From assembly GCA_965248055.1 (NCBI GenBank), contig CBDFIJ010000004.1, positions 2,400,001-2,464,000 on the forward strand: a DNA stretch of 64,000 bases. The letters are read 5' to 3'. A model generated the notes under the pieces. It had not been told where the DNA came from and made no database searches. It was given only the letters and a program-made list of their open reading frames with translations. Within the stretch, counting starts at the first letter, position 1; each line of letters opens with the position of its first letter. This document shows, one piece after another, positions 28,152 through 37,768 of this stretch. This stretch comes from Candidatus Multivoradales bacterium (GTDB lineage: Bacteria; Acidobacteriota; Thermoanaerobaculia; Multivoradales; JAHEKO01). Made by a program: the position numbers and the translations under genes.

Positions 28152-28916
28152 ATGAACCAAGGTCAACAAAGGACATGGGTCCGATGGGCCGCCAGAGGAG
28201 TCGCCGCCGCGGCTCTATCGCTGCTATTCGTGGTGTCGGCCTACACCGCGTTCTCGATGTACGTCCGGCGCGGCGGGACTGTACTGCCAGACGTGAGTGG
28301 CATGCCGGTCGCGGAGGCTCGTTCAGCGCTGAAGGGTGTTGGGGTTGACCTCAAGGTTCTCGAAGAAGACGCTCGGTTTAGCACCGAGGTTGCTGAAGGC
28401 GCAGTAGCGCGACAGCGACCGCGGCCAGGAGCTAGCGTCAAGAAAGGCAGTGTGGTGCGGGTGTCAGTCTCGAAAGGCGCTGAGTTGGCGTACTTGCCGG
28501 ATTTCTCCGGAGATCCGGTTGCCATTGCTCGTACCAGAGTACAGTCCGACGGTCTGCCCGCTCCGCGGATTCTGTGGGTCTATCAGCCAGCCAAGCCTGC
28601 AGGGGAAGTGGTCGGTCAACAGCCCCGAGCCGGCGCCCGGGCGCCCGTCAATCAGCCGGTGCGCTTGTACGCAAATACCACCGACCCAGAGGCGGTCTAC
28701 GTGATGCCGGATGTGATCTATCAAAATGCCGAACGCATGCGCCGTTGGTTTGAGAATCGAGGTATTCGGGTGGGCAGCATCAAGCCCGACGCTTATCAAG
28801 GGGTTCCAGCGGGGACCATCTTGCGCCAGTACCCATTGAGTGGTTACCCGCTCAGCCCGGGAGATGTGGTGGCTTTTGTTGTCGCGTCTGGGGAACAAGG
28901 GCGAGCGAGCCTATGA
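28152..28916 (+). CDS. Membrane-anchored PASTA-domain protein (3 repeats)
   Basis: TM followed by LPDVSG / LPDFSG / MPDVI repeats, each with G.V..Q.P..G. Confidence 0.88.
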   Translation: MNQGQQRTWVRWAARGVAAAALSLLFVVSAYTAFSMYVRRGGTVLPDVSGMPVAEARSALKGVGVDLKVLEEDARFSTEVAEGAVARQRPRPGASVKKGSVVRVSVSKGAELAYLPDFSGDPVAIARTRVQSDGLPAPRILWVYQPAKPAGEVVGQQPRAGARAPVNQPVRLYANTTDPEAVYVMPDVIYQNAERMRRWFENRGIRVGSIKPDAYQGVPAGTILRQYPLSGYPLSPGDVVAFVVASGEQGRASL

Positions 28917-29578
28917 TCCAGATTGCGCCATCGGTGTTGGGAGCAGATATGGCTGACATGGCCTCAGCGCTCAAAGTCTGCGAGCAAGGTGGCGCAGACT
29001 TGGTTCATGTTGATGTGATGGATGGCCATTTTGTGCCCAATTTGACCTTTGGGGCACCGATGGTCGCTGCGTTGGCGAAACGGTGTTCGTTGCCGCTGGA
29101 CGTCCATTTGATGGTTGAGGATCCAGATCGGTTGCTCGATGACTACATGGATGCTGGCTCAGTGTGGATCACAGTGCACTGGGAAGCCTGTCGACACCTG
29201 GATCGAACGCTGCAGGTGATTCGCGAGCGTGGGATCAAGGCCGGCGTTGCGATCAATCCGGCGACCCCGGTCGAACCATTATTTGATCTCTTGGAGTTGC
29301 TCGACCACGTCTTGGTGATGACCGTCAATCCAGGATTCGCTGGCCAGCCATTTCTGCCCTACGCACTGCGCAAGGTGCAGCGTTTACGAAAACGGATCAC
29401 TGAGGGCGGTCACCGGACCCTTTTGGAGGTCGACGGCGGTATCGGGGAGTCAACGATTGGTGCAGCCTTTCGTGCCGGGGCCGATGTATTCGTTGCCGGA
29501 TCGGCGATCTATGGAGCACAAGATCCGGTGGCGCAAATTTCTATATTAAGAACTTTAGCGGAAGGGGAATCGTGTTGA
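28913..29578 (+). CDS. rpe: Ribulose-phosphate 3-epimerase
   Basis: IAPS, HVDVMDGHFVPN, MTVNPGF.GQ, EVDGG, VAGSA. Confidence 0.97.
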   Translation: MIQIAPSVLGADMADMASALKVCEQGGADLVHVDVMDGHFVPNLTFGAPMVAALAKRCSLPLDVHLMVEDPDRLLDDYMDAGSVWITVHWEACRHLDRTLQVIRERGIKAGVAINPATPVEPLFDLLELLDHVLVMTVNPGFAGQPFLPYALRKVQRLRKRITEGGHRTLLEVDGGIGESTIGAAFRAGADVFVAGSAIYGAQDPVAQISILRTLAEGESC

Positions 29579-30486
29579 GTAAGACAGCTTTGTCGATGGT
29601 TGGTGCGATGGTGGTCATCGCGTGGGTAGGTGGTTGTAAATCGGGAATTGAAGATGACCCGATTCTCAGGTTGTCGTCAGCGGAGGCCCTGGAGACTGGG
29701 GTCGAATTGATGGCTCAGGAGAAGTACTCCAAGGCAAGGGACTATCTGACTCATGCATTTGAGGTGGAGCCCAACTCCGAGGGTGGTCAGAAAGCGTTGC
29801 TGATGGTGGCAGACAGCCACTTCCAACAAGGGGGAGAGACCCACTGGATTCGCTCTGAGTCACGGTACCGGGACTATCTAACTAGGTTTCCCACCAGCGC
29901 TCGGGCCGATTACGTGCAGTATCAGATTGCTCGGTCTTTATCCGCGCGGGTGGAACGCCCAGATCGCGATCAGACCGCGACCGAGCAGGCGGTCGAAGAG
30001 TTCCGAACGCTGGAACGGCTGTTCCCCTCCAGTGAGTATGCACTGTTGGCAGGCGAAGAAATTGTCCAGCTGCGGTCGCTGTTGGCCGACCATCATTTTG
30101 CGGTAGGCGATTTCTATCTGCGTTATCGCAATCCGCTCGGAGCCCAATGGCGGCTGGAGCGGATGCTCGAAGAATTCCCTGACTATCCAAGTCGCGACAA
30201 GGTTCTGTTCCATTTGGGCCGCAGTTTCATGCGGCAGAATAAGTTCAATGATGCTCGGGATACCTTTGAAACCTTGCGCCAAGAATTTCCAGAAAGTGAG
30301 TGGATCTCTGAAATTCCGACCGAGATTCCGGAGCAGGTGAAACTGAAAGATCTGATCGCCGAGGAGGCGAAAGACGGCGCTGATGAGCCATCTGAAGCCG
30401 TGACTGAGGAAGGGACCGGCGACGAAGCTGGGGATGCTACGGAGGAGGCTTCGGACACGGTCGCTGATGAGACGTCCTTGGAGTGA
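29572..30486 (+). CDS. bamD: Outer membrane protein assembly lipoprotein BamD
   Basis: Lipobox-like VGGC; TPRs; RFPTS..ADY, DRDQT, VGDFY; acidic tail. Confidence 0.88.
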   Translation: MLSKTALSMVGAMVVIAWVGGCKSGIEDDPILRLSSAEALETGVELMAQEKYSKARDYLTHAFEVEPNSEGGQKALLMVADSHFQQGGETHWIRSESRYRDYLTRFPTSARADYVQYQIARSLSARVERPDRDQTATEQAVEEFRTLERLFPSSEYALLAGEEIVQLRSLLADHHFAVGDFYLRYRNPLGAQWRLERMLEEFPDYPSRDKVLFHLGRSFMRQNKFNDARDTFETLRQEFPESEWISEIPTEIPEQVKLKDLIAEEAKDGADEPSEAVTEEGTGDEAGDATEEASDTVADETSLE

Positions 30487-30533
30487 AAAGATAGTCTCAA
30501 TCTCGGCACTTTCCCTGCCGGTGACCTGCCGTC

Positions 30534-30562
30534 TTGACACCCTTTCTCCGTAGAGTTAGCTT
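30534..30562 (+). promoter_or_regulatory. Putative sigma70 promoter for the LysM gene
   Basis: TTGACA-N17-TAGCTT. Confidence 0.5.
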
Positions 30563-30621
30563 GATACCCAGAACTCACTCGTTCCTCTGTGAATGAGGAC
30601 AGACTGGAGATGGGGAGTCCG

Positions 30622-31761
30622 ATGACTCGATCAAAGCAGGTATTGCTGGGACTAGCGGCTAGTTGGTTGATTTTTGCCCCGACGATGGTGGCCGACACCC
30701 CACCCACCAACCTTCACCTAGTGGGAGACCATTGGACGGCCTGGGATCCACCGCAGGAGTTTCCCGAGGGCGTGGAGATCTACCGAATTCAGCGGGGGGA
30801 TACTCTGTGGGATCTCGCGGTTCAGTTTCTGGATGACTCCTATCTTTGGCCGCAGTTGTGGGAGCAGAACCCTTACATATTGGATGCTCATTGGATCTAT
30901 CCTGGAGATCCCCTGGCGGTTGGTTTCGATATTCATCCGGTGGATACCTTGGCTGACGCGCCATTGAGTGAACCCATTGAGGAAGATCACGGCCCTCAAT
31001 TTGCCACTGAAGATGGATCTTTGCGAGCTGCTGGTTATCCTAGCGATCTCTATTGCACCGGATTTGTCGATGACCCGGACCTCAGCTTTGCCTATCAAGT
31101 GATTGGTTCCGAAGAAACGGCGTTGGCGCCCACTCTACGGTCCCAAGACCGCCCGGCGAAGCGCACGCGACAGACCGTGAAAGTAGACCTAACCACCGGG
31201 GATATCGTCTATGTGGACGGCGGCGCGGCTGGCGGATTGCAGGCTGGCACCGAGTTCTTCATCGTTGGCCAAAGTGAGTTGGTAAAGCATCCGATGCGCA
31301 AGTCGGTGGTGGGTCGCTACTATCAATATCAGGGACGCTTGAGGGTCTTGTCGGTACAAACCGACACCGCGATTGCTGAAGTGACCCACGCCTGCCGAGC
31401 GGTACACGTCGGCGCCGGATTGATGCCCTTTGAGACCTTACCGATTCCGCTGGTCGCGACTTCGGTTCCACCTGCGGTCAACGCGCCGGTTCCAGATGAC
31501 TTCTTGGATGATGCCGCGACCGTAGTGTTTTCTGAAAACGATGTGTTCTCACTCGGTGAGGGCAGTGTGATCTACGTTGATCTGGGCGTCGGTCAGACCC
31601 ATCCGGGAGACCGTTACCGGATATGGAGACGCAACCATGAAGGTCTTCCGCCGGTGATTCTGGGAGAACTGGCGATTCTTAGAGTGGGAGATTCGGCTTC
31701 GGTCGCTCGAATCCTCACCTCTCGCTACACCGTTCGAGTTGGCGACCGCATTACTTTGTAG
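30622..31761 (+). CDS. LysM peptidoglycan-binding exported protein
   Basis: Signal peptide; YRIQRGDTLWDLA...WPQLWEQNPYI.DAHWIYPGD. Confidence 0.88.
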   Translation: MTRSKQVLLGLAASWLIFAPTMVADTPPTNLHLVGDHWTAWDPPQEFPEGVEIYRIQRGDTLWDLAVQFLDDSYLWPQLWEQNPYILDAHWIYPGDPLAVGFDIHPVDTLADAPLSEPIEEDHGPQFATEDGSLRAAGYPSDLYCTGFVDDPDLSFAYQVIGSEETALAPTLRSQDRPAKRTRQTVKVDLTTGDIVYVDGGAAGGLQAGTEFFIVGQSELVKHPMRKSVVGRYYQYQGRLRVLSVQTDTAIAEVTHACRAVHVGAGLMPFETLPIPLVATSVPPAVNAPVPDDFLDDAATVVFSENDVFSLGEGSVIYVDLGVGQTHPGDRYRIWRRNHEGLPPVILGELAILRVGDSASVARILTSRYTVRVGDRITL

Positions 31762-31860
31762 CCTGAATTTGCAACCCGCGGTCATCGAGCCAGAGAATCG
31801 GGTAGGCTCAGCGTTGGTTATCGAACGGTTTTTTTTGAAAAGCGGCCTTCGCGTCTGATT

Positions 31861-32130
31861 GTGGCTAATAAGAAAACGCTCAACGGAAAACTCTGCAAGC
31901 TGGTGGATCAGTTGGTGGAGCAGGGACTGACCCTGGATCAAGCGCGTCGCGAGTTCGAAAAGCAATTCATCCTGTCTGCCCTTCGATCCAACGCCGGTAG
32001 TATCTCACGATCGGCAGCGGCGATCGGCGTACACCGCAACACGCTGAGAAACAAAGCGAGCAATCTGGGAATTCAGCCCAGCGAGAGCAGTCCCAAGAAA
32101 ACGCGGAGAGTGGTCTCCGGCGAAGGCTAA
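31861..32130 (+). CDS. Fis-type HTH protein
   Basis: FEKQFI..AL....G.ISRSAAAIGVHRNTLRNK. Confidence 0.85.
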   Translation: MANKKTLNGKLCKLVDQLVEQGLTLDQARREFEKQFILSALRSNAGSISRSAAAIGVHRNTLRNKASNLGIQPSESSPKKTRRVVSGEG

Positions 32131-32252
32131 AAGAGACCGCCAGCTCGCCACCGATTGCGCAGCCCAGCGATCAGGGTGCTCAGCGACATCCCGTCCACCC
32201 AACTCAATCGAGCCGGTTGAAGCGCCCAAGGGCGATCCCAGAGAAGGACCTA

Positions 32253-32408
32253 TTAACTGTCGGAGTTGTTGTCGTCGCCCTCGTTGAGGCCGCTCTTGAA
32301 GTTGCGAATCCCTTGACCTAAGCCTTTGCCTAGCTGCGGCAGTTTGGAGGCGCCAAACAGCACCAGAACAATGAGCAAAATGATAATCAGTTCTTGGGGT
32401 CCGGGCAT
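32253..32408 (-). CDS. tatA: Twin-arginine translocase TatA/E (51 aa; absent from the ORF track)
   Basis: Hand translation: MPGPQELIIILLIVLVLFGASKLPQLGKGLGQGIRNFKSGLNEGDDNNSDS; GGAG RBS. Confidence 0.93.
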   Translation of the reverse strand: MPGPQELIIILLIVLVLFGASKLPQLGKGLGQGIRNFKSGLNEGDDNNSDS

Positions 32409-32484
32409 GGTGAATTTCTCCGTAGTGGGAATCAGTCTAGCACCGCGCGAGGGTGCTGGAGCCGTGAACTCGAACCGGCGCGCT

Positions 32485-33453
32485 CTAGAAAACCAGATCT
32501 GTCAACCAGTCAGATCGAAGCTCGACTCCGTGCTCATGGGTCTCAGGCAGAGCTTCGAGGTGATCGACAAATCGATGCAGAGTCGGGACGATCAACCGTT
32601 GATGACTGGGATTTCCTTGTGTCGCGGCACGCGCATAGCTGCCTACCGCTTTGAGAGTGCGCTGCGCGCCAAGGGCGCTGTAGGCAGCTCTACCCAACTT
32701 GGGTAGCGATTCTTTTTGTATCGAATCTACGACTTGGTGGGGCGGAAACAAGCTGTCATTCATCAAGGAGACGAAGTCATAACCCATAGGAGCCAGGCGC
32801 AGATCTTGATGGTCGATGACCCCGATGTTGCCGTCTGCCATCGGCACCAGGTTCCTGACCATGAAGTCGCGATGCGCGGGTTCGAGTGGTAGCGCACTGA
32901 CGGTGTCGATTACCTGCCCGCAGACGATTTCAAGGGTCCGCCGAATCGATAGGGCTGCTGGGTCGCCTGAAAACAGCAGGTGCTCGAGTGTGGTTTCTAA
33001 TTCTGTGGCAAGCACCGACGCGTCGAGTGGCGGAAGTAACGACGATTGGGCCGAGAGATCCAGTCTGCGGATCTTGGCCACGATCTCTGCGGAGCGGGCA
33101 AACTTCGCCCGGTCTGAGTCCTGATATTGGGCTCCTGGCACATACCAAGGCGATTCGCCGAGGTCTTCGAGCAGCATCATCCGGTGGCTAGGATCGGCAG
33201 CCAGCACGGCTGGAACGCGGATTCCCGCCGCCGCTAAAATCTCGGTGCTCGCCAAGAATCGCTCTGCAATGAACCACTGGTTGTGGGGATAGCGGCAGAT
33301 AATCCAAGTGTCGAATCCTGAGTAGAGGCGACAATAGAGACGACTCGAAACGTCTCCCTGCAGAGCGGCGCCGCGCTCAATGTTCCATCCCTGAGCGCGG
33401 GCAAAAGCGATTGCCTGCTCGATGGTGTGGGTTGTTGTGCTGTGGTTAGCCAA
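32485..33453 (-). CDS. Aminoglycoside-phosphotransferase-family kinase (AmgK-like)
   Basis: GDVSSRLY.R, LLEDLG, HRDFMVRNL, IDHQD...P.GYD..SL. Confidence 0.8.
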   Translation of the reverse strand: MANHSTTTHTIEQAIAFARAQGWNIERGAALQGDVSSRLYCRLYSGFDTWIICRYPHNQWFIAERFLASTEILAAAGIRVPAVLAADPSHRMMLLEDLGESPWYVPGAQYQDSDRAKFARSAEIVAKIRRLDLSAQSSLLPPLDASVLATELETTLEHLLFSGDPAALSIRRTLEIVCGQVIDTVSALPLEPAHRDFMVRNLVPMADGNIGVIDHQDLRLAPMGYDFVSLMNDSLFPPHQVVDSIQKESLPKLGRAAYSALGAQRTLKAVGSYARAATQGNPSHQRLIVPTLHRFVDHLEALPETHEHGVELRSDWLTDLVF

Positions 33454-33551
33454 GGATTGTCCGGCGATTCATGGTGCAAATGGAATTGTACTTCCGTAGA
33501 TGGTGGACGCGGGTTTGACAGTTATCAAGCTCAGTGGTGAAATCGACTCGA

Positions 33552-33896
33552 ATGATGCCACACGATCAAGACATGGAAGGTCTGCTGCAAGAGTTGGAAG
33601 TGCTTTTCCTGGGAGCGATTTCCAAGACACCGTCCACCCGGCGAAAAATCGAGCAGTTGCGTCGAGATGGCTATCAACTGGCATTGCGGTTGGAGTGCCA
33701 TCGAGACGAAGAGGTCGCCGCAGAGACCGAGCTAGTTACCGGCCCCGATGAGTGCGCGACCTGGTTGCAAGCCCCCGCTGGTAGCCGACGACAACCCCAG
33801 TTCATGATCGACCGTGGCGATTTCACTTTTCTTCGCTCGATCGGTATTGATCCGACCCGAAAAGCTAGCTCACGCTCCTCGCGCGAGCGGGACTGA
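33552..33896 (+). CDS. Hypothetical protein
   Basis: Fills the gap before rlmN; C-terminal D..FLRSIGIDPTR; TTGACA-N17-TGAAAT at 33515-33543. Confidence 0.6.
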   Translation: MMPHDQDMEGLLQELEVLFLGAISKTPSTRRKIEQLRRDGYQLALRLECHRDEEVAAETELVTGPDECATWLQAPAGSRRQPQFMIDRGDFTFLRSIGIDPTRKASSRSSRERD

Positions 33897-33934
33897 CGGT
33901 CCTGACCACTGCTGCTGAAGAACCAACTCTCGAC

Positions 33935-34990
33935 ATGCGTCTTGACCTGTTGGGGCTAAGTCGTGAGGAACTCGCTCGTTTGTTGGTCGAGGAAATCGAT
34001 CGCCCGTTTCGGGTTGACCAGTTGTTTACTCATCTCTACAGCCAGGGGCTGGGATCGTTCGACCAGATGATCACTCTGTCGCGGACTCTGCGAGACCAGT
34101 TGGATGCCAAATACCGTATCGGCCATTTGTCGTTGAAGTCCGAACACCAATCGAACGACGGCACTCGGAAGTTGCTCTTCGAGCTAGAGGACGCAGTAAC
34201 TATTGAGACCGTCGATATTCCGGATCCAAAACGGCGAACGCTCTGTCTCTCGAGCCAGGCCGGGTGTGCTTTGGCCTGCCAGTTTTGTGTTACCGGTTAT
34301 TGGGGTGCAGGTCGCAATCTGACCGCCGGAGAGATCGTTGCTCAGGTGCTTGGGGCTCGTGGGCGACTCTCGTACGGCGAGTCGGTGAATTTGGTGTTTA
34401 TGGGTATGGGGGAGCCGTTGCTCAATTTGGCGGCGGTCAAACAAGCGCTGGATGTCCTCACTGACGCCATCTCTTGGCGCCGCATCACCGTGTCGACGGT
34501 AGGCATCTTGCCGGGGTTGGAAGAAATGGCCTCGTGGCCCAAGCGACCCAATCTGGCGATTTCGTTGCACGCCCCAGACGATCAACGACGCAGCCAACTG
34601 ATGCCGGTCAACCTGACCTATCCCTTAGCCGAGTTGATGCAATTGCTACGAAAGTTTCCCTTGGAGCGCGGTCGGCGGATTACCTTTGAGTATGTATTGA
34701 TCGATGGATTCAACGATCACTTAGACGATGCATTGGCGCTGGTGTCGTTGCTGCGATCGGTACCGGGCAAGGTCAATTTGATTCCGGTCAATGCAGATCC
34801 GGTGTTGGGGGAAGAGATGGTTCCCCCTCCTAAGGAGCGAACCCAGAAATTCGCGGAACTGCTTCGCAACAGGGGTGTTTTCACCACCATCCGCAAGCGT
34901 CGGGGTGACGATGTTTCCGCGGCGTGTGGCCAACTGCGGGCTCAAGATCGGGAGCCTCGCGGCTTTCGCCGCAGCAATCTAAGGTTCTAG
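33935..34990 (+). CDS. rlmN: 23S rRNA (A2503-C2)/tRNA methyltransferase RlmN
   Basis: SSQAGCALACQFC, FMGMGEP, SLHAP, NLIP, AACGQL. Confidence 0.96.
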   Translation: MRLDLLGLSREELARLLVEEIDRPFRVDQLFTHLYSQGLGSFDQMITLSRTLRDQLDAKYRIGHLSLKSEHQSNDGTRKLLFELEDAVTIETVDIPDPKRRTLCLSSQAGCALACQFCVTGYWGAGRNLTAGEIVAQVLGARGRLSYGESVNLVFMGMGEPLLNLAAVKQALDVLTDAISWRRITVSTVGILPGLEEMASWPKRPNLAISLHAPDDQRRSQLMPVNLTYPLAELMQLLRKFPLERGRRITFEYVLIDGFNDHLDDALALVSLLRSVPGKVNLIPVNADPVLGEEMVPPPKERTQKFAELLRNRGVFTTIRKRRGDDVSAACGQLRAQDREPRGFRRSNLRF

Positions 34991-35130
34991 CAGCCTGGTG
35001 AAAAAGTCGCAGATTTGGCGGTTTGAGGATCAATTTTGCACCGACCGTCGGCGTAACTCCTTTGTTTTAGTCTTCTGAACGAGCCATCGCATGTTTTTCG
35101 GCACCCTCAAAATCGTTTTTCAGCAGGCTC
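34991..35130. mobile_element. Putative MITE (140 bp) with IS5/IS1182-like ends and CTAG target duplication
   Basis: Left end CAGCCTGGTGAAAAA; right end reverse complement GAGCCTGCTGAAAAA (13/15 match); CTAG at 34987-34990 and 35131-35134; no transposase. Confidence 0.7.
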
Positions 35131-35285
35131 CTAGGGGGAGCCGCAAACGTGTGGCGGTTGGTTTTTGAATTTGGCCGCGCAAAAATCTTGGTGTCCATTT
35201 GTTGGCGCTGCGTAGGGATGCGAATTTTTTCTGTTATCTAATAGGGACAAAACCGCCGCAATAACCGATCGTTCGTAAGCAAATC

Positions 35286-36965
35286 ATGCCTAGTCTCCCA
35301 GCCGAATTTTCCGCTCTCAAGTCTCGGAAGTGGTTTGTACCCACACTGTTGGTTGCCGGGGCGCTGATGTTCTTAGGCTTCCGTCTAGGTGCCCGCGATC
35401 TGTGGAACCCCAATGAGGCGATCTACGGCCGAGCCGTGGTTGAGATGGCGGAGAACGGCGAATGGCTGGTGCCGTCTCTGAACGGGGAGTCATTCTCCGA
35501 GAAACCAATATTGTATTACTGGCTGTCGGGTCTTGCTCATCGGCTCACCGGGTCGATCAACGAAGTGACCCTGCGGTTGCCATCTCTGGGCGCTGGGGTG
35601 CTCAGTGTCTTGTTCATGTTTTTCTTGGTGCGTCCCTACGCAGGCACTAAGCGGGCGGCCCTAGCGTCACTGTTGCTGATGACCCAATACCAAGTTTGGT
35701 GGGCGTCCCGTTCGGTGCAGATGGACATCTTGGTGATGACCTGTACTTTGGCTACCTTGTTGCCGCTGACTCGTATGCTCGACCATGGGTTGTCGCGTCG
35801 CTGGGCCTGGAGCTTGGCTGGGGTTGCGGTCGGTTTGGGCTTTTCCGCCAAGGGACCGGTGGCCGTGGTCATTCCAGGTCTCGCATTTCTGGGTTTTGTA
35901 GCGCTCGATCGACGATCTTGGCGCCAGTGGTTGCCAGGGATTCACTGGGGGGTGCTGTTCGGGATCCTGTTGGGGGCACCGTGGTATTTGGCGCTGGCCG
36001 TCTCCGGCAATATCGAAGTCATCAAAGAGGTGTTACTGCGGCAGAATCTAAGTCGATTCGTCGAAGCCTGGGACCACCAACAACCTTGGTGGTACTACGC
36101 GCAGTATTTCTGGAGTGATTTCTTCCCCTGGTCTTGGTTGATCCCCGCAGCAGCGTTCCTAAGGCCGCGAGCGGAAGCTGAGCGCTCCCTCCATCATTGG
36201 GCCTGGGCCTGGATCGCCACAGTGTTCGTGTTTCTCTCGTTGTCCGACAGCAAGCGGGCTCCCTACATGCTGCCGATCGCACCAGCAATCGCGGTGCTAG
36301 CGTCGTCGGTGGTGGCACGAGTCGAGGAACGAGTGGAGAGATCGGCGACCACCGTGGCGGCTTGGATTGCGATGGTTCTGCTGGCGGTAGTGAGCATCGC
36401 TGGCGGGGTCGCCATCGTCCTAGAGTCCGCCCGTTGGAGCGCCGAGTCCTTCGCACAGTACCTGCCAATCGTCGCGGTGATCTTGGCGGCGATGGGACTA
36501 GCCATTGGCTTCGGTTTTCTCCTCCGATCAACACGATCGTATTGGGCTACCCGCGGTGCTTTGGTCGGGGTTGCCCTGATTTACATCCTGGCAGCTGGCT
36601 GGCTGCTTCCCAGCGTTAATCCGCGCAAGTCGGAACGTTTTTTCATGCAACAAGTCGATGCGATTGCCGGATCCGACACAGAACTGGTGTCGTTTCAGAT
36701 CCCCTATCGCCACGCCGGTTTTCTCTACTATGGGAATCGGCGAGTACCCAACTACGATCATCTGGATGACCTTGAACAGAAAGTTTGTGCGCATCAATCT
36801 GGGGCACCGTGGTTGATCGCCCAAGGTCCGGGGCTCGAAGCACTGGCCACAGAGTTCGCTTCGTTACCGACGCTGATGGAACGGGATATTGGTAGCCGCC
36901 GTGCTGGGTTAATCACTGCGGACGCTTTGTGTTCAGCGATTTCATCGAATCGGAGGGTGGAGTAG
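35286..36965 (+). CDS. ArnT/PMT-family (GT83/GT39-like) glycosyltransferase
   Basis: NEAIY...EM...EW.VP.LNG....EKP..YYW, LRLPS, AKGPV, H.QPWWYY, K...Y.LP. Confidence 0.88.
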   Translation: MPSLPAEFSALKSRKWFVPTLLVAGALMFLGFRLGARDLWNPNEAIYGRAVVEMAENGEWLVPSLNGESFSEKPILYYWLSGLAHRLTGSINEVTLRLPSLGAGVLSVLFMFFLVRPYAGTKRAALASLLLMTQYQVWWASRSVQMDILVMTCTLATLLPLTRMLDHGLSRRWAWSLAGVAVGLGFSAKGPVAVVIPGLAFLGFVALDRRSWRQWLPGIHWGVLFGILLGAPWYLALAVSGNIEVIKEVLLRQNLSRFVEAWDHQQPWWYYAQYFWSDFFPWSWLIPAAAFLRPRAEAERSLHHWAWAWIATVFVFLSLSDSKRAPYMLPIAPAIAVLASSVVARVEERVERSATTVAAWIAMVLLAVVSIAGGVAIVLESARWSAESFAQYLPIVAVILAAMGLAIGFGFLLRSTRSYWATRGALVGVALIYILAAGWLLPSVNPRKSERFFMQQVDAIAGSDTELVSFQIPYRHAGFLYYGNRRVPNYDHLDDLEQKVCAHQSGAPWLIAQGPGLEALATEFASLPTLMERDIGSRRAGLITADALCSAISSNRRVE

Positions 36966-37733
36966 GTGGAGCAGTATTGTCGGTGTTTGTCGGTGGTCAT
37001 TCCCGCCTACAACGAAGGATCACGGCTCGGACCGACGTTGGATCGGATCCTTTCCTATTTGAAGTCCTGGGATGGCACTTGGGAGCTGATCGTTGTCGAT
37101 GACGGCAGTACGGATGACACAGTCGCGGTGGCACAGCAACGACGCAATCCAGAGCTCAAAGTGGTGTCGCTTGGGCGCAATCGTGGCAAAGGGTGCGCCG
37201 CTCGCAGGGGGGTTTTGGAGAGCCGCGGTTGTCTGATTCTGATTACTGATGCCGACCTTTCGACCCCGATCGAAGACCTAGATTTACTTTGCCGAGAGTT
37301 GCCGCGGGCAACGCTGGTAATCGGAAGTCGTGATCTACCCGAGTCCAACTTGGTAGTGCCACAAAGTTTCTTGCGTCGATTGAGCGGCAAGGTCTTCCGA
37401 ACCGCAGTGGCGCTGGCAGGGGTTCGGGGAGTTCGCGACAGCCAATGCGGCTTCAAGTTGATACAAGGAGGCGTCGGGCGAGCCGCTTTCGAGGCCATGA
37501 TCACCGAAGGATTCGCTTTCGACGTTGAGCTTATTTGGTTGGTGCAGCGGGTCGGTTTGGTGGTTAGCGAAGTTCCAGTGACCTGGGCGGACTCGCAAGG
37601 CTCGCGGGTCAACATGCTTTTCGACCCATGGCGGATGCTGATGGAGATGGTCCGTTTTCGCATCCGTCATCGAAGCGGGAACCAGCAGCTGGCATCTTCG
37701 GTTGAGCTCGCGCTGCACGACCTCGACCGCTAG
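36966..37733 (+). CDS. GT2 polyprenyl-phosphate glycosyltransferase (dolichyl-phosphate beta-glucosyltransferase-like)
   Basis: SVVIPAYNE, VDDGSTD, NRGKG, DADLS, DSQCGFK, FAFDVE. Confidence 0.9.
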   Translation: MEQYCRCLSVVIPAYNEGSRLGPTLDRILSYLKSWDGTWELIVVDDGSTDDTVAVAQQRRNPELKVVSLGRNRGKGCAARRGVLESRGCLILITDADLSTPIEDLDLLCRELPRATLVIGSRDLPESNLVVPQSFLRRLSGKVFRTAVALAGVRGVRDSQCGFKLIQGGVGRAAFEAMITEGFAFDVELIWLVQRVGLVVSEVPVTWADSQGSRVNMLFDPWRMLMEMVRFRIRHRSGNQQLASSVELALHDLDR

Positions 37734-37768
37734 CCTCCCTGAGAGAGTCGAATAGGTTTTCGTTGTGT

